64,000 nucleotides of DNA, from NCBI GenBank assembly GCA_013239625.1, contig MU053561.1, forward strand, positions 312,826-376,825, in the 5' to 3' direction. How positions within the stretch are numbered: the first letter of the stretch is position 1; each line of letters begins with the position of its first letter. This stretch comes from Lama guanicoe (Eukaryota). The notes beneath the pieces are model-generated. The model saw nothing but the letters and a program-made list of their open reading frames with translations. It was not told where the DNA came from and made no database searches. Below, piece after piece: positions 52,811 through 64,000 of this stretch. The translations under genes were made by a program, and so were the position numbers.

Positions 52811-54257
52811 CCCCTCATAATCAAGGAATGTAGAAGCCCTTGCCTCTTTTGTGGCTGGTGAGGCCATATAGCCTTATTAATCACAGAATGCCAGTGTAGT
52901 GTGGTAGAGAGTACAGAGTCCAGAAAGCTGGTTTCCCATCCCAGCTGTGCTGATGTAATTGTGCAAGTCCATGATAAAATGGGTGTAGCACAGCTTGATT
53001 TGATAGGGGAGTGGAAAGAATAAAATTACATAAAATGGGAGACAAGAGTGCTTTTCTCATTAATGGCTCAATAAAATTTTAACAGAATAATAATTATTAA
53101 AAATATTAATGTAAAGTGTGAGTGAATAAAAATTATGGCATTTTGTCGTGGAAGTTTTGTTTGTTTATATCCTAATGACCAGGCTTTATTTTTAGGCTTT
53201 TTAAACTACCAAGGTATTCTTCTGTGGTACCAAAAATGTATCACTAAATGTTAAATAGTGAGATATCCTGGTATGTTCAGAATGGTAACAGTTGTGATTG
53301 GTGTATTCCTACTATTTAGTTTACCCATATCTACAATTGAACCTTCCTTACCATAGCCAAACTCTACCGTTCATCTGGGGAATAGACCAGGAGGAAGGCT
53401 GCATTCCCCGAGAGGAAGTTATCCGACTGTTTAAGATTATCCTGAACTTTAACCCATAATAGTGATAATATCAAGCTTATAGTGGTGGGTGCAAGTTCCA
53501 AAATTCTAATTTTCATATGAAAGCTTAGATTTTATCTTTGAAACACAATACTGTCATAGTTGTTTCCCTTGAAGTGGCAGGTTTATTTCTTTCACTTAGT
53601 ATTTGATAAATATTTAGGTCTGAATAGCCCTGGTTTGTCTGTCAGCTGTTCTTTCAATTAAAATGGAATTCTATGAGAAAAGCAACTGTTTCAGTTTAAA
53701 ACTCAATCACACAGCTTTTCCTGGAGACAACTCTGTACTTTGGCGTGCCAAGGAATTGCTTTATGTGTCTTTCCCATTGCATCATGCAGAATGGTAGAGG
53801 TATACTCAAGGGTCAAGGCACAATCAAATTATAAAGTTAATAATTTTGACGACTTCTCCAAAGTCATTCTTAAGTGAAGCTATCTTTTTGTTAAGTATTG
53901 TTTTAACTATGAGTGCATAGAGGTAAAAAACAAAAAGACCACTAGTACAATTAAGAGCCACTGACTTAATTCCTGCTAAGATGACAGCAGTTTTGTCCCT
54001 GTTGCTTTTGCACCATTAGTGCAAATGCCAACACAGTGAAAAGAAGGAGAAGTGGCTTAATATGATTAATATAATCATTTTGACCCCCTGATCCCATGGA
54101 CAGAGTCTGGAGGACTGCACTTTGAGAACTGCTACTTTCCTGTACTCAGGGTTGGCTGGATACTCTTTAGATTTCTTAACACCTAGCATCACAAGCAGAG
54201 ATCACTGCTATTTCTGTGCTGATATTGCATGGTTTCTCTTTGCATTCATCTTTGCAG

Positions 54258-54368
54258 GTGTTAACTGTGAAATCAACTTTGATGACTGTGCAAGTAACCC
54301 CTGTGTGCATGGAGTCTGTATGGACGGCATTAATCGTTATAGTTGCGTCTGCTCACCAGGATTCACAG
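54258..54368 (+). CDS. NOTCH2: NOTCH2 exon 12 (111 nt; EGF17)
   Basis: catctttgcag|GTGTTAAC...TTCACAG|gtaatg; [37 protein letters not shown]. Confidence 0.97.
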
Positions 54369-55559
54369 GTAATGCTCCTTTTGTTGGGTGGCTCCTCCTT
54401 GAGCCCCATCAAAATTTTAGGAAAAAGGTGTCTAAAAGGGAATTACTTTTCAAATATTTCATATTTCTTTGTCTCTTGGAAAGTCAGAAATTTGTTTCTG
54501 TGCTTCTCTGGCCCAGTTTTCTACTTACAAGCCTTCCCTAAACTGTAACATGAAGCTTTTCACTAGTTAGGATTTTTAGACCATGTGTTCATAGGTACCT
54601 GAAAAGAGTTTCTATTCAGACCATGAATTTCTGTTGCTGTGCTTGAGCTATACGGCTTCCAAAGCCCCCTTTATTTTTCTACACTTAGTAGTGAATGCCT
54701 TCTGTAAAGCCATAGCCTAGGAAAATTCTGTGAAAACACCAAATGCTTTTTTCTGAGTACTTTCTCCATGGAACATTATTGAGTGAGGCCAAAACTTGGG
54801 AGGACCAACCTAATTTGTCTAGCACAAGTGAGACTTTTTTTCCTTTGCTGGAGGAAGAAAGTAAGTAGCTAAAATAAAATTGGTTATAATTCTTCTTAAA
54901 GTATAAGCTGCTAGAACATTTACACACTGCAAACATGTGCATACACAAACTCACACACATCTTCTCTCTTATCTCTTTTGTTGCTACGAAGATTGCCTTT
55001 ATCTCTTATCCTCCTCATCAAAAAGGGCTAGAGTCTACTGAGGAAATCTGAAGCCTCTTACTGACACACCTGCTTGTTAATGGCACCGTCAGAAAGCATA
55101 TGTGTGCCTGTCCCATTCTTTCAGTGCCACATACTAGCGGGCACTTACATAATGACGCTACCATTTTAAACCATGCAATCAATGTGATAAAATTCCCACA
55201 GAATTTTTTAAATTATGATGTCAAAAGGCCATTAGAGACAAGTGAAGAGAATGTGTGCCTCTTGCTGGCCGGTAACTTACCTTCCTCTGTATTTCACAAT
55301 CCTTTCAACTGCTTGGTGTGAATTTGGACACCAGAGAGGACTGTTTGTGGCCCACAGGGACCACAGTAATCTCTGTTCAAGGGAAGATCACTCAGAAGTT
55401 GGGTATGATGAAAGCTCTTATGTCAAGTGCCCAGCACTGCTGGTGGTAGCCAGGCGTACTTTTGTCCTCAGACTTGTTACTCCAAGCTTACGTGACAGCC
55501 GACTGAATACACAAAACTTCCGGCTGGATAGGATGATGTAGATTCATTTCTATTAAACA

Positions 55560-55760
55560 GATAATAAGAAGAGAATGGCTACCATTTACTAAGGCCTCAT
55601 TTTGAGCTGGGCATTAAAGTGCCAAATCTCATTTAAGTGTCACTGCTATTATCATTCCCACGGTATTGATGAGAAACCCAGAGCTTAGAGAGGGTAAGTA
55701 CAGTACCAGTGCACTATGGCCAGGATTCCACCCCAGGCGGTCCTGTTCTGGGGTCCACAC
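55560..55760 (-). mobile_element. MIR SINE
   Basis: gctaccatttactaagg...gatgagaaacccagagcttagagagggtaagta..caggattccaccccaggcggtc. Confidence 0.7.
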
Positions 55761-56337
55761 TCCCACCTCACTGAGCAGCCTAAGTGGGTGCCTGTTGTCG
55801 TTTCTTTTTAGATACATAAGCCTTAGACTGGACTTATGTTTTTTGGAAATGTCAGTGAATCATATGCTCTCTCTTTTTAACATTTAGCAAATCAGGAAGG
55901 TCAAAGAGGGAGGACATAGGCTAAAAATATTCTAAAATAAACTTCAGGTGTAGCACGAAACTACATAACCAAGAAATGGAATGTTTTGGTTACTGGGTGG
56001 TACCCTGTTCTTGGAACTGTTTTCCATGTTTTTTCTTCTTGTTTGTTTGAATCAGTTGCTGAAAATACCAGCTGTGGTATATACTCATGAGCTGCAAATA
56101 TGAGGTGTTTTAGTCTTGCCTTTGTTTTATTTTAATACTTTTTTTTACAATTTTAATAACAGCTTTAAGAGAGTTTTTTTTTTTAAGACTAAATTCTCTG
56201 TTCTCGGCAGACCGCTTTATACCTACTGATTGAGTGGGAAAAGTAAGAAACCATGTGTTTTACAAACTACTTTTCAGTTTCACCTTCATGTCCATTATTT
56301 TGCTGACTTCTCATACTAGTCCATAGAAGGTGATAGG

Positions 56338-58400
56338 TTGGATATGAAACCAAAAACACAGGTAGCCAAAACTAAAGTAAACCAGTGGGACTACATTAAA
56401 CTTCTGCACAGCAGAGGAAACAATAAGTTGAAAAGACAACCTGCAGAGTGGGAGAAAATATTTGCAAACAATATATCTGATAAGGAGTTAATATACAAAA
56501 TATATAAAGAACACATACAACTCAATAGCAAAGAAGCAAATAACCAAATTAAAAATTGGACAAAAGACAAGAAAAAATTTTATAACTATATATGGTGATG
56601 GGTGTTAACTAGACTTACTGTGGTGATCATTTTTCAATATATGCAAATACCAAACCATTATGTTGCACACCTGAAACTAATAAGTTATATGTCAGTTATA
56701 CCTCAATGAAAAATGGAAACACATTTAAGCAATAGTAGCTAAACTCAATTTTAGAAAATATTATTGGAAAATTCCCGGTAATTTCCAGGTAGAGGATACA
56801 AGAAGTGTTTAATTCTCAGAGCTTCATGACTTAACTACAGACTGATTGTATTTTTAAGTTGTAAATCATTATGTGTATTTCAAAATCTAGTATCATCTGA
56901 AACACATGAAGTTTTGAAAGCTTTATTGATTCTCAAATAGCATTGGAAAGGCTAATCATGAGTGGCTACCAATATAGCTAGGCCTCATCAAAATGTCATT
57001 ACACAACTGTATCAAATTACAAAAATACAATAAAAATAGTTAAGAGTTTTAAAATCTCATCTCTCTCTAAATCTCTTACAATATTTTCTAATCAGGAGTA
57101 AGGTATATAAATGTTTATAAGTTATAAATTTATACATGTTGAGCACACAATTGCTTTTGGTCTTCATCAAGCCAATAATGGCACATCCTGAACAGGCACA
57201 CTGCTAAGCGCAAGGAGGAGTGAGGAGCATTGCATTGTGGCAAAGGCGGTAGAAAATCAGTCTATGCCTTTAGAAAGATTTAAAGTATGATCAGGAACTC
57301 AGACTGCATGCATAAGAAAATGACTAAAGACTAGGAAAGAAAGTTTTAAACAAGGTACATACAGTCAAAAAATGCATAAATGACAAAGGACAAATAAATG
57401 TTTAGAATCAGGAGAAAAAAATGAGCAAAGGACTGCTTTTTACCAAAGAAGACGTACAGATGTCCAACAGGTACATGAAAAGATGCTCAATATCACTAAT
57501 CATCAGGGAAATGAAAATCAAAACCACAATGCGATACCCCCTCTCACCTGATAGAATGGCTGTTATCAAAGAGATAGGTGATAACAAGTGTTGGCAAGGA
57601 TATGGAGAAAGTGGAACTCTTATACACAGTTGATGGGAATGTACATTGGTACAGTTGTTATGGAAAAACAGTATGGCAGTTCCCCCAGAATTAAAAGTTG
57701 AACTACCATATGATCCAAGAATCCCACTCTCGAGTATGTATCTGAAGGAACTGAAATCAGTATTTTAGAAGATATATCTGCACACCCATGTTCACCTCAG
57801 CATTATTTACAATAGTCAAGATGTGGAAACAACCTAAGTGTCCATCAACAGATGAATGGATGTGTATATTACATATATATGTGTTGTATATATACAATGG
57901 GATATTATTCAGTTGTGAGAAAGAAGGAAATCTTGCCATTTGTGACAACATGGATGAAACTTGGACATTATATTAAGTGAGATAAGTCAGACAGAGGAAG
58001 ACAAATACTATATATCATTTATATGCAGAATATAAAAAGCTGAACTCATAAAAACAGAAAGTAGAATGGTGTTTAGCAGGAGCTGGGCTAGGGGATGTGG
58101 GGGGGATTGGAGAGATATTGTTTAAGAGTATGAATTTGCAACTGATAGATAAATAAGTTCTGGAAATATAATGAATAGCATAGTGACTGTATTCAACAAT
58201 ACTGTACTGTAAACTTCAAAATTGTTAAGAGAGTGGACCACCACAAAAAGAAATGATAATTATGTGACGTGATAGAGGTATTAGCTAACTCTGTGCTGGT
58301 AATTGTATTGCAATATATAAAATATATCAAACCAGCGTGTTACCTTAAACTTATACAATGTGTATGTCAATTATGTCTCAGTTTAAAAATTAACAAAAGA
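56338..58400 (+). mobile_element. L1MA-like 3' portion (ORF2 end plus 3'UTR) with a nested insertion at 56569-57415
   Basis: ORF2 peptides ([58 protein letters not shown]) followed by an L1 3'UTR. Confidence 0.9.
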
Positions 58401-59658
58401 GAAAATTAGATAGGGACGTTGTCTTATCCTTATTTAACAAATAAGGCAACTGAAAGATCGAGCTTGATGTGTCTGTGATCTTAGCTAGTGAGCAGCACCA
58501 CAAGGCCCGTGAGTTCCCAGGAGGCAGGGACCTCCCTAATGATCTTTTTAGCCAGCATCTGAAACAGTCTAGCACAGAGGAAACCTCAGTAAATGTTGCT
58601 AAATGAGTGACCAGAGCTCACTTAGGGAACTCCTGACATCCAACACTAGACTCTTGAGTCTAAACTGTATCATGCTTTCATTCATAAATACTAATTTGTT
58701 GAGCGCCTACCTACAGGATAAGAAACATTGGTTAACTTCTCATTCAGTCGTTACTAAGCCCAGCGAGGTGCATAGTCTTGTGCTGGGTGTTTCAGATGCT
58801 GAGTGGAAACCCCTTGGGGCAGGACCTTGCTAGCGAAGCAGCTGCCAGTCCACCAGGTAGACTGCACAAAGGTGTCTTCAAAGTTGACTCTGCAAAGAGC
58901 CTTAATGGCAAGTGAAGAAAATGTGAGAGGAGTGGCTTCTGAGAAGTTTCTTCCCAAAAAAAGACAGAAAAAGAAGGCCTTTCCCTCTCATTCTCCACTG
59001 GATTGCAGGCTGAGGAGGGCTCTGCAGTTGAAGAGTTCTGGTTCCTATCTCAGTGCCAGGGGCAAGCATCTAAAAAAAACCAGAGGTTGAGGCCAAAGAA
59101 ACAGTATTTTAAAATAAGTTATTAATAAAAAACTCAAGAAGAAAACAGCAGCTACTACTAGATTATGGGTTTTTACCACAAGAACCACCAATAATGGTTT
59201 AGAGAGCAGTGGAGGGTGAAAAAAATGTTAATACCCATACTTTAAAGGGGTGTGTATCTATTTCATTTGGAATTTCCTGTTCTAAATGCAGGGTTACTCT
59301 TTCTTAAATAAAAATACATGTTTTTATCTGAATCAGAAAATTGTATTCTTTGAAATTTGTAAATTCCTTCATAGTAATTGCTTGTTGCCACTTGTTTACA
59401 GAATTATGGGTTATTTTAAAATTTTGTATCATTGGAATATATAGCTAAATCTCATTTATTCAGAATTTAACAAAGCAAAACTCTTATGAAACTGCACACT
59501 TTATTCCACATTAAGCAATAAAGGTGAAGGTTATAGCAGACATCTTTTCAAAGTGCAGTCTTGGGTATGTGTTAGAGGAGGGACGTGGTCACTTCAGTTT
59601 CATATATTCTGAACACTTATATTATTACGTTATGATAAACTACTAATAAATGTCTAAT

Positions 59659-59789
59659 CAGAGTTTCTTAAAATGTATTTGAATCACCTACATTATTTAA
59701 AATGTAGTTTTGGGGGCCTAAGGATCTCTGTTTAAAACAAGTACTATAAGTGACTCTTTTTTTTGCCTATTATAGTTTGAGAACCACTG
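59659..59789. mobile_element. MER5-like hAT-Charlie MITE
   Basis: CAGAGTTTCTTAAAAT ... AGTTTGAGAACCACTG TIR pair. Confidence 0.65.
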
Positions 59790-60414
59790 GTCCAGATTGA
59801 GAGACCCTGAATTGTTTTCTCACTGATCAGAGAACAATAAAATTATGCTTTAGAATACTTCTTCCTGAGTCAGAAAACGGGTTAATACAGCTCTAAAAAA
59901 TGAAAGCAAAATGGCTTTTCTTTTTAACCAATTTCATCATTAAATTAATAGTGCTGCCACTAGGCATTCCAGTTAACGGAGATTTACCACGTGTAAATAT
60001 AAGAGGCTGAGAAAATGAATGCAGTAAACCGGATGAAAGTGGTGGTAAGAAGAGCTTCTCTGAGGGTGCTGAGAACAGCTTGGAGAGGAGTGGCCAACTT
60101 TGGAAACATGTGATGTTCCCTTTTTGAATCCTTATAAAGCTTCTCCCTTTCTAAGTGGAGTGAGGAAGAAATGCATGTCAGAACCCTACAACCTGTTCCA
60201 CTGTTTTGTCAACTTTGTTTCATTATCAAAAGACAATAATACCCTTTGCTCCTTCCTTGCATCAGTGCTACTGGATGTCTTATTCCTTAACTCTTGACAT
60301 TTGATGCCCAAGGCATCTTATAGTCTATGCAGATGAAGGTATCAACACACTAGATCTCGTAGTTCTGTGTCTATTCATTTTGGATTCAACAAAAACTGTC
60401 CGCCTTCCCCACAG

Positions 60415-60607
60415 GGCAGAGATGTAACATTGACATTGATGAGTGTGCCTCCAATCCCTGTCGCAAGGGTGCAACGTGCATCAATGATGTGAATGGTTTC
60501 CGCTGTCTTTGCCCCGAGGGGCCCCATCATCCCAGCTGCTACTCACAAGTGAACGAGTGCCTGAGCAATCCCTGCGTCCACGGAAACTGTACTGGGGGCC
60601 TCAGTGG
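60415..60607 (+). CDS. NOTCH2: NOTCH2 exon 13 (193 nt; EGF18, most of EGF19)
   Basis: ccttccccacag|GGCAGAGA...CTCAGTGG|gtgagt; [64 protein letters not shown]; phase 1 to 2. Confidence 0.97.
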
Positions 60608-61906
60608 GTGAGTAGCTGTCATGTATTAACAATTTCTTACTGGCCTTTGTTAAGCCCCTTGGGTTTTAGCTCAGGACCTGAGCTGAGGCTTTGAAGATTT
60701 TGATAGTCTGCATCCTAGTCTTCCAAATTCACTTCTTCCCCACCTTCCATGAAAACAAGGAGGAATGTCTCATTCCTCATGTGGGTAGTCAGCACATGAG
60801 AGGTGAACAGGGTTATTTTTTGAGTCTTTGGCAACTTTGCTTTTAGTACTTATCGCAAGATTGAGTTCTAAGGGATGTTCTATTTGTTTCCCCCTACCCT
60901 GCTTATAAAAAACCCAGCTCTGTTCTATCATAGTACCAGTGGGTGTCACTGAAGTAGAGCTGGTCTCTGCTAACCTTAGACGTGGCCCTGATTAAATATG
61001 TTCACAGTTTGCAAGCCCCTGAGAGTTGTGTGTTGTGTTGGTAAGTAATTTTCTAGAATCACAGAGTGTGATGTTAGGTCCTCTGAAATAGTCCTGTACT
61101 CTTGATATGCTTGGACAGTGCATTTGCCACACTTATAACAAGTGAAAGAATGAAGAGTGTATTTAGAGACAAATAGGAAATCAAGTTATTTCTAAGATGA
61201 ATTACCTCAGTGTTCCTGTGTCAGAGTATAGCAGCCTTCAAAGCATCCCAACCCACTTACTTTCTTTTAAAGGATCTCCAGACAAGGAGGCTCTTCTCTC
61301 TTGATATCGCATTCTAAGCACTAATGGTGTTCAGATTGTGAATAACGTATGCGTACCTCAAATACCTTCATTTCTGTTCCTTTTCCTGCCCAGTACCCCA
61401 GGCGCTGTCTAGGGCAGGGTTTCAGGTCAGAACAAAGTGTGTCTTGGAAGTTAGACATCCCAGGAGCTCTTCAGAGTGGCTTAGAGTCTCTGATACTAAC
61501 TTACTTCCTGGGTGTCTGTTTTGCAGCAGAAGCAGATGATCCTAAAGCTTGCTTTACTTTTATTTTATATAGAAGAGAAGACGTTGAGGACTTACCCATG
61601 TTAACATGTCTCTCAGATCATCCTGATATGTTGTACCGACCACTGTTTACATATGAAATTTCACTATACTCAGTTAATTTCTCTAGCATCTTTGTAGGCC
61701 AGGAAGGTGTGTTTACTGAATACTCCAGATGGGCCCACATGATTCACATGGTGACCCAAGGCTAGGTCCATAGAGAAGCAGAAACGAGATTACATTAGCT
61801 TACCCAAGAGGTCCTCTGTCCCTCATTTCTTCACCAAGTCCCATATTTCAACCAGGACTCAACAGTACATTCATTCCCTGCAGTAAAGAATTCTATCTTC
61901 TTTCAG

Positions 61907-62052
61907 GTACAAGTGCCTCTGCGATGCAGGCTGGGTTGGCATCAACTGTGAAGTGGACAAAAATGAATGCCTTTCTAATCCGTGCCAGAACGGAGGAACT
62001 TGTGACAATCTGGTCAACGGATACAAGTGCACTTGCAAGAAGGGCTTTAAAG
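61907..62052 (+). CDS. NOTCH2: NOTCH2 exon 14 (146 nt; end of EGF19, EGF20)
   Basis: tcttctttcag|GTACAAGT...TTTAAAG|gtgaaa; [49 protein letters not shown]; phase 2 to 1. Confidence 0.96.
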
Positions 62053-63082
62053 GTGAAAGCAAAGTGCTTGTGTTTCTCTCCCTTCTCTGCCTTTTTGTTG
62101 GTGCATATGGCTCAACTCACTTCTTTCTTTCTCTTTTTTTCCTGCTCATTCATATAGCAAATGTCACTTGAGCACTTAATATTTAGAAGGCACTTGGGAA
62201 CTAAAAACATGAATAGATTTAGACATAGATTCTACTTTCAGACTAGCAGAGAGGTGAGCTATTGAAACAGGACTATTCAAGGTGAGCAGCTAGGGCGCCA
62301 CTTAACACAGCTTTGGACAGGTGTTTGAATTGTAAGCTTCTTGGTGTAGGTTTGATTCTATCGTAATACAAGAGAGAGATTGGGAGCAGGATGAAAATAT
62401 TGTTTACTATAATTGTAGCAATGATATTGTGGAAGAATCCATGTGTTCAAAGCCCTTCCAACAAATTCTCTTACACACTGAGATGTTCTTAGATACACAG
62501 CCACCTGTGGCCTTCTGGAAAAGTGCATAATAGTGGGTATTGTGTAAAATCCTTTTTTGAGTTGCCACTGTTGTATTTCTCCCATCATTTTTTTTCTTAG
62601 AAGCTCAAGAGAGAGAAATCTGTGGGTAAACCATTTATATTTGTACTCCTCTGTCTACTTAGTCACTGATTCCCCCACTCAAAAATTGTGCCAGACCACT
62701 GTGATACATGAATATGATTGCAAGTCATTTTATTTGATTACTTGAAAGTTTTCTGAGACTGTACTTTAGTTATTAATTTTCTGATATTCAGATATATGAC
62801 ATCTGCAAAGAAACTTACAGATTTAAAAGCACTTTATTTCCTTGTCTCATTGAGACTTGCTGCTCAGTGAACAAAATCAAAATCAAAATGTAAAATCCAA
62901 AGTTGTATGGCTGTTGAGTAGCAGGGTGTGGTTTGCACCCAGACCTCAGTGCTCTCAGACCACCACTTTCTTTCTTGTAGGACGACAGCTCCTCAATTTT
63001 AAGGCTGTCTGCCAGACCGTTTTGAAGATGTAGCTAACAGGAAGTTTCGCTGTTTTTGTTTTTTCTTCTTTTCTGTCTACAG

Positions 63083-63196
63083 GCTTTAACTGTCAAGTGA
63101 ATATTGATGAATGTGCCTCAAATCCATGTCTGAACCAAGGGACCTGCTTTGATGACATAAGTGGTTATACTTGCCACTGTGTGCTGCCGTACACAG
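63083..63196 (+). CDS. NOTCH2: NOTCH2 exon 15 (114 nt; EGF21)
   Basis: ttctgtctacag|GCTTTAAC...TACACAG|gtgagt; [38 protein letters not shown]. Confidence 0.97.
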
Positions 63197-63559
63197 GTGA
63201 GTCCTGCAGGTGCAGGGACTAGAGGGGATGCTCGGTCCTACCTTGTCATTCCAAACCTCGGAGTCTCAGAGACGGGCTCCATGGGGCAGTGACGCTGCTC
63301 TGAGGAGTCACTCCCTGGTCACCCTTCTTGCCCTCACTGACCGAGTCTTGAGCTCTGAGAAGACACTCGGGCCTCTCTAGAGGCAAGTGGTGAAGAAATT
63401 CTTTTGCCTCCCTATTTACTCTTTAGGGTTTGAAATTTTTGAAAAATCATATGTGGCTGGAATTGATGCAGAGCCGATGGTTTAGTCCATTATTTGAGTA
63501 GACCCAGTGTTTCCGAGGCCTGTGCTCTTAGTCTTAGTTTCACTAGCACAACAACTGCC

Positions 63560-63770
63560 ACTTACTGGTAATTTACTGTGTGCCAGACTCTTTGGATTAT
63601 TTTAACCTAGTGCTCACAGTAATTTGACAAAGTAGACACTTCTAGCACCATTTTACACACCAGGAAGCTGAGGCTAGGAGAGGTTACTTGCTGAAGGTAA
63701 GTGGTAAGTGGTAGGTAAGTGGTAGAGCTAGGATTTGCCCCAAAGCTTGTCCTCTTAACTGTCATCCTGC
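63560..63770 (-). mobile_element. MIR SINE
   Basis: tttactgtgtgccagac...ccattttacacaccaggaagctgaggctaggagaggtt...ggtagagctaggatttg. Confidence 0.75.
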
Positions 63771-64000
63771 TCCTCACATTCACTGCCACTACGTCTCATT
63801 CAGAGAGGTGCTGCCCCTTGGATGGCGATCATACACACAGGACGTGGGTGTGACTTCATCTCACATCAGGTGTTCGTTTCAGGTGGTATTGTAGGAGTGT
63901 GCTTGGACACTTCTGTGTATTCTCCTGCCTCACTACTGCCACCTTGTGATTGGTTGTATTTGTGTGGCTTGTTAACCTCCTCGGCATCCATTGTCTTTAT

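Noticed and set aside
56338..57976. L1 ORF2-like ORFs as protein-coding genes
   Set aside because: Frameshifted, interrupted fragments of a dead, 5'-truncated L1.
61870..61906. Upstream cryptic acceptor ttccctgcag (61883) before exon 14
   Set aside because: It would add 23 nt and frameshift. The acceptor at 61906 has a good pyrimidine tract and gives the expected 146-nt exon.

Overview
Mammalian genomic DNA lying wholly inside NOTCH2 (+ strand), from late intron 2 to early intron 15. Thirteen coding exons (exons 3-15 by human numbering; 260/336/123/234/156/189/114/114/234/111/193/146/114 nt, all GT-AG) join into one open frame encoding EGF repeats ~1-21. The introns hold old L2, MIR, L3/CR1, L1M, hAT (MER58B, MER53, MER5) and probable MaLR fragments, a UBE2D3 processed pseudogene, and one Ala-tRNA-derived Vic-1-like SINE, which suggests a camelid. 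Main points of interest: (1) intron 4 carries a recognisable, splice-compatible orthologue of the hominid NOTCH2NL terminal exon in its ancestral form, without the 4-bp deletion; (2) a candidate alternative first coding exon in intron 2 (MPFGLTLLIQNIR) is in frame with exon 3 and lies near an RBPJ/GATA/FOX motif cluster; (3) two or three L1 insertions appear to carry 3' transductions, one also 5'-inverted; (4) a near-perfect 130-bp tandem duplication, a possibly templated insertion and a MIR-derived candidate poison exon. Repeat family names and boundaries are from recognition by eye and are approximate. Nearly all non-EGF ORFs in the track are spurious.
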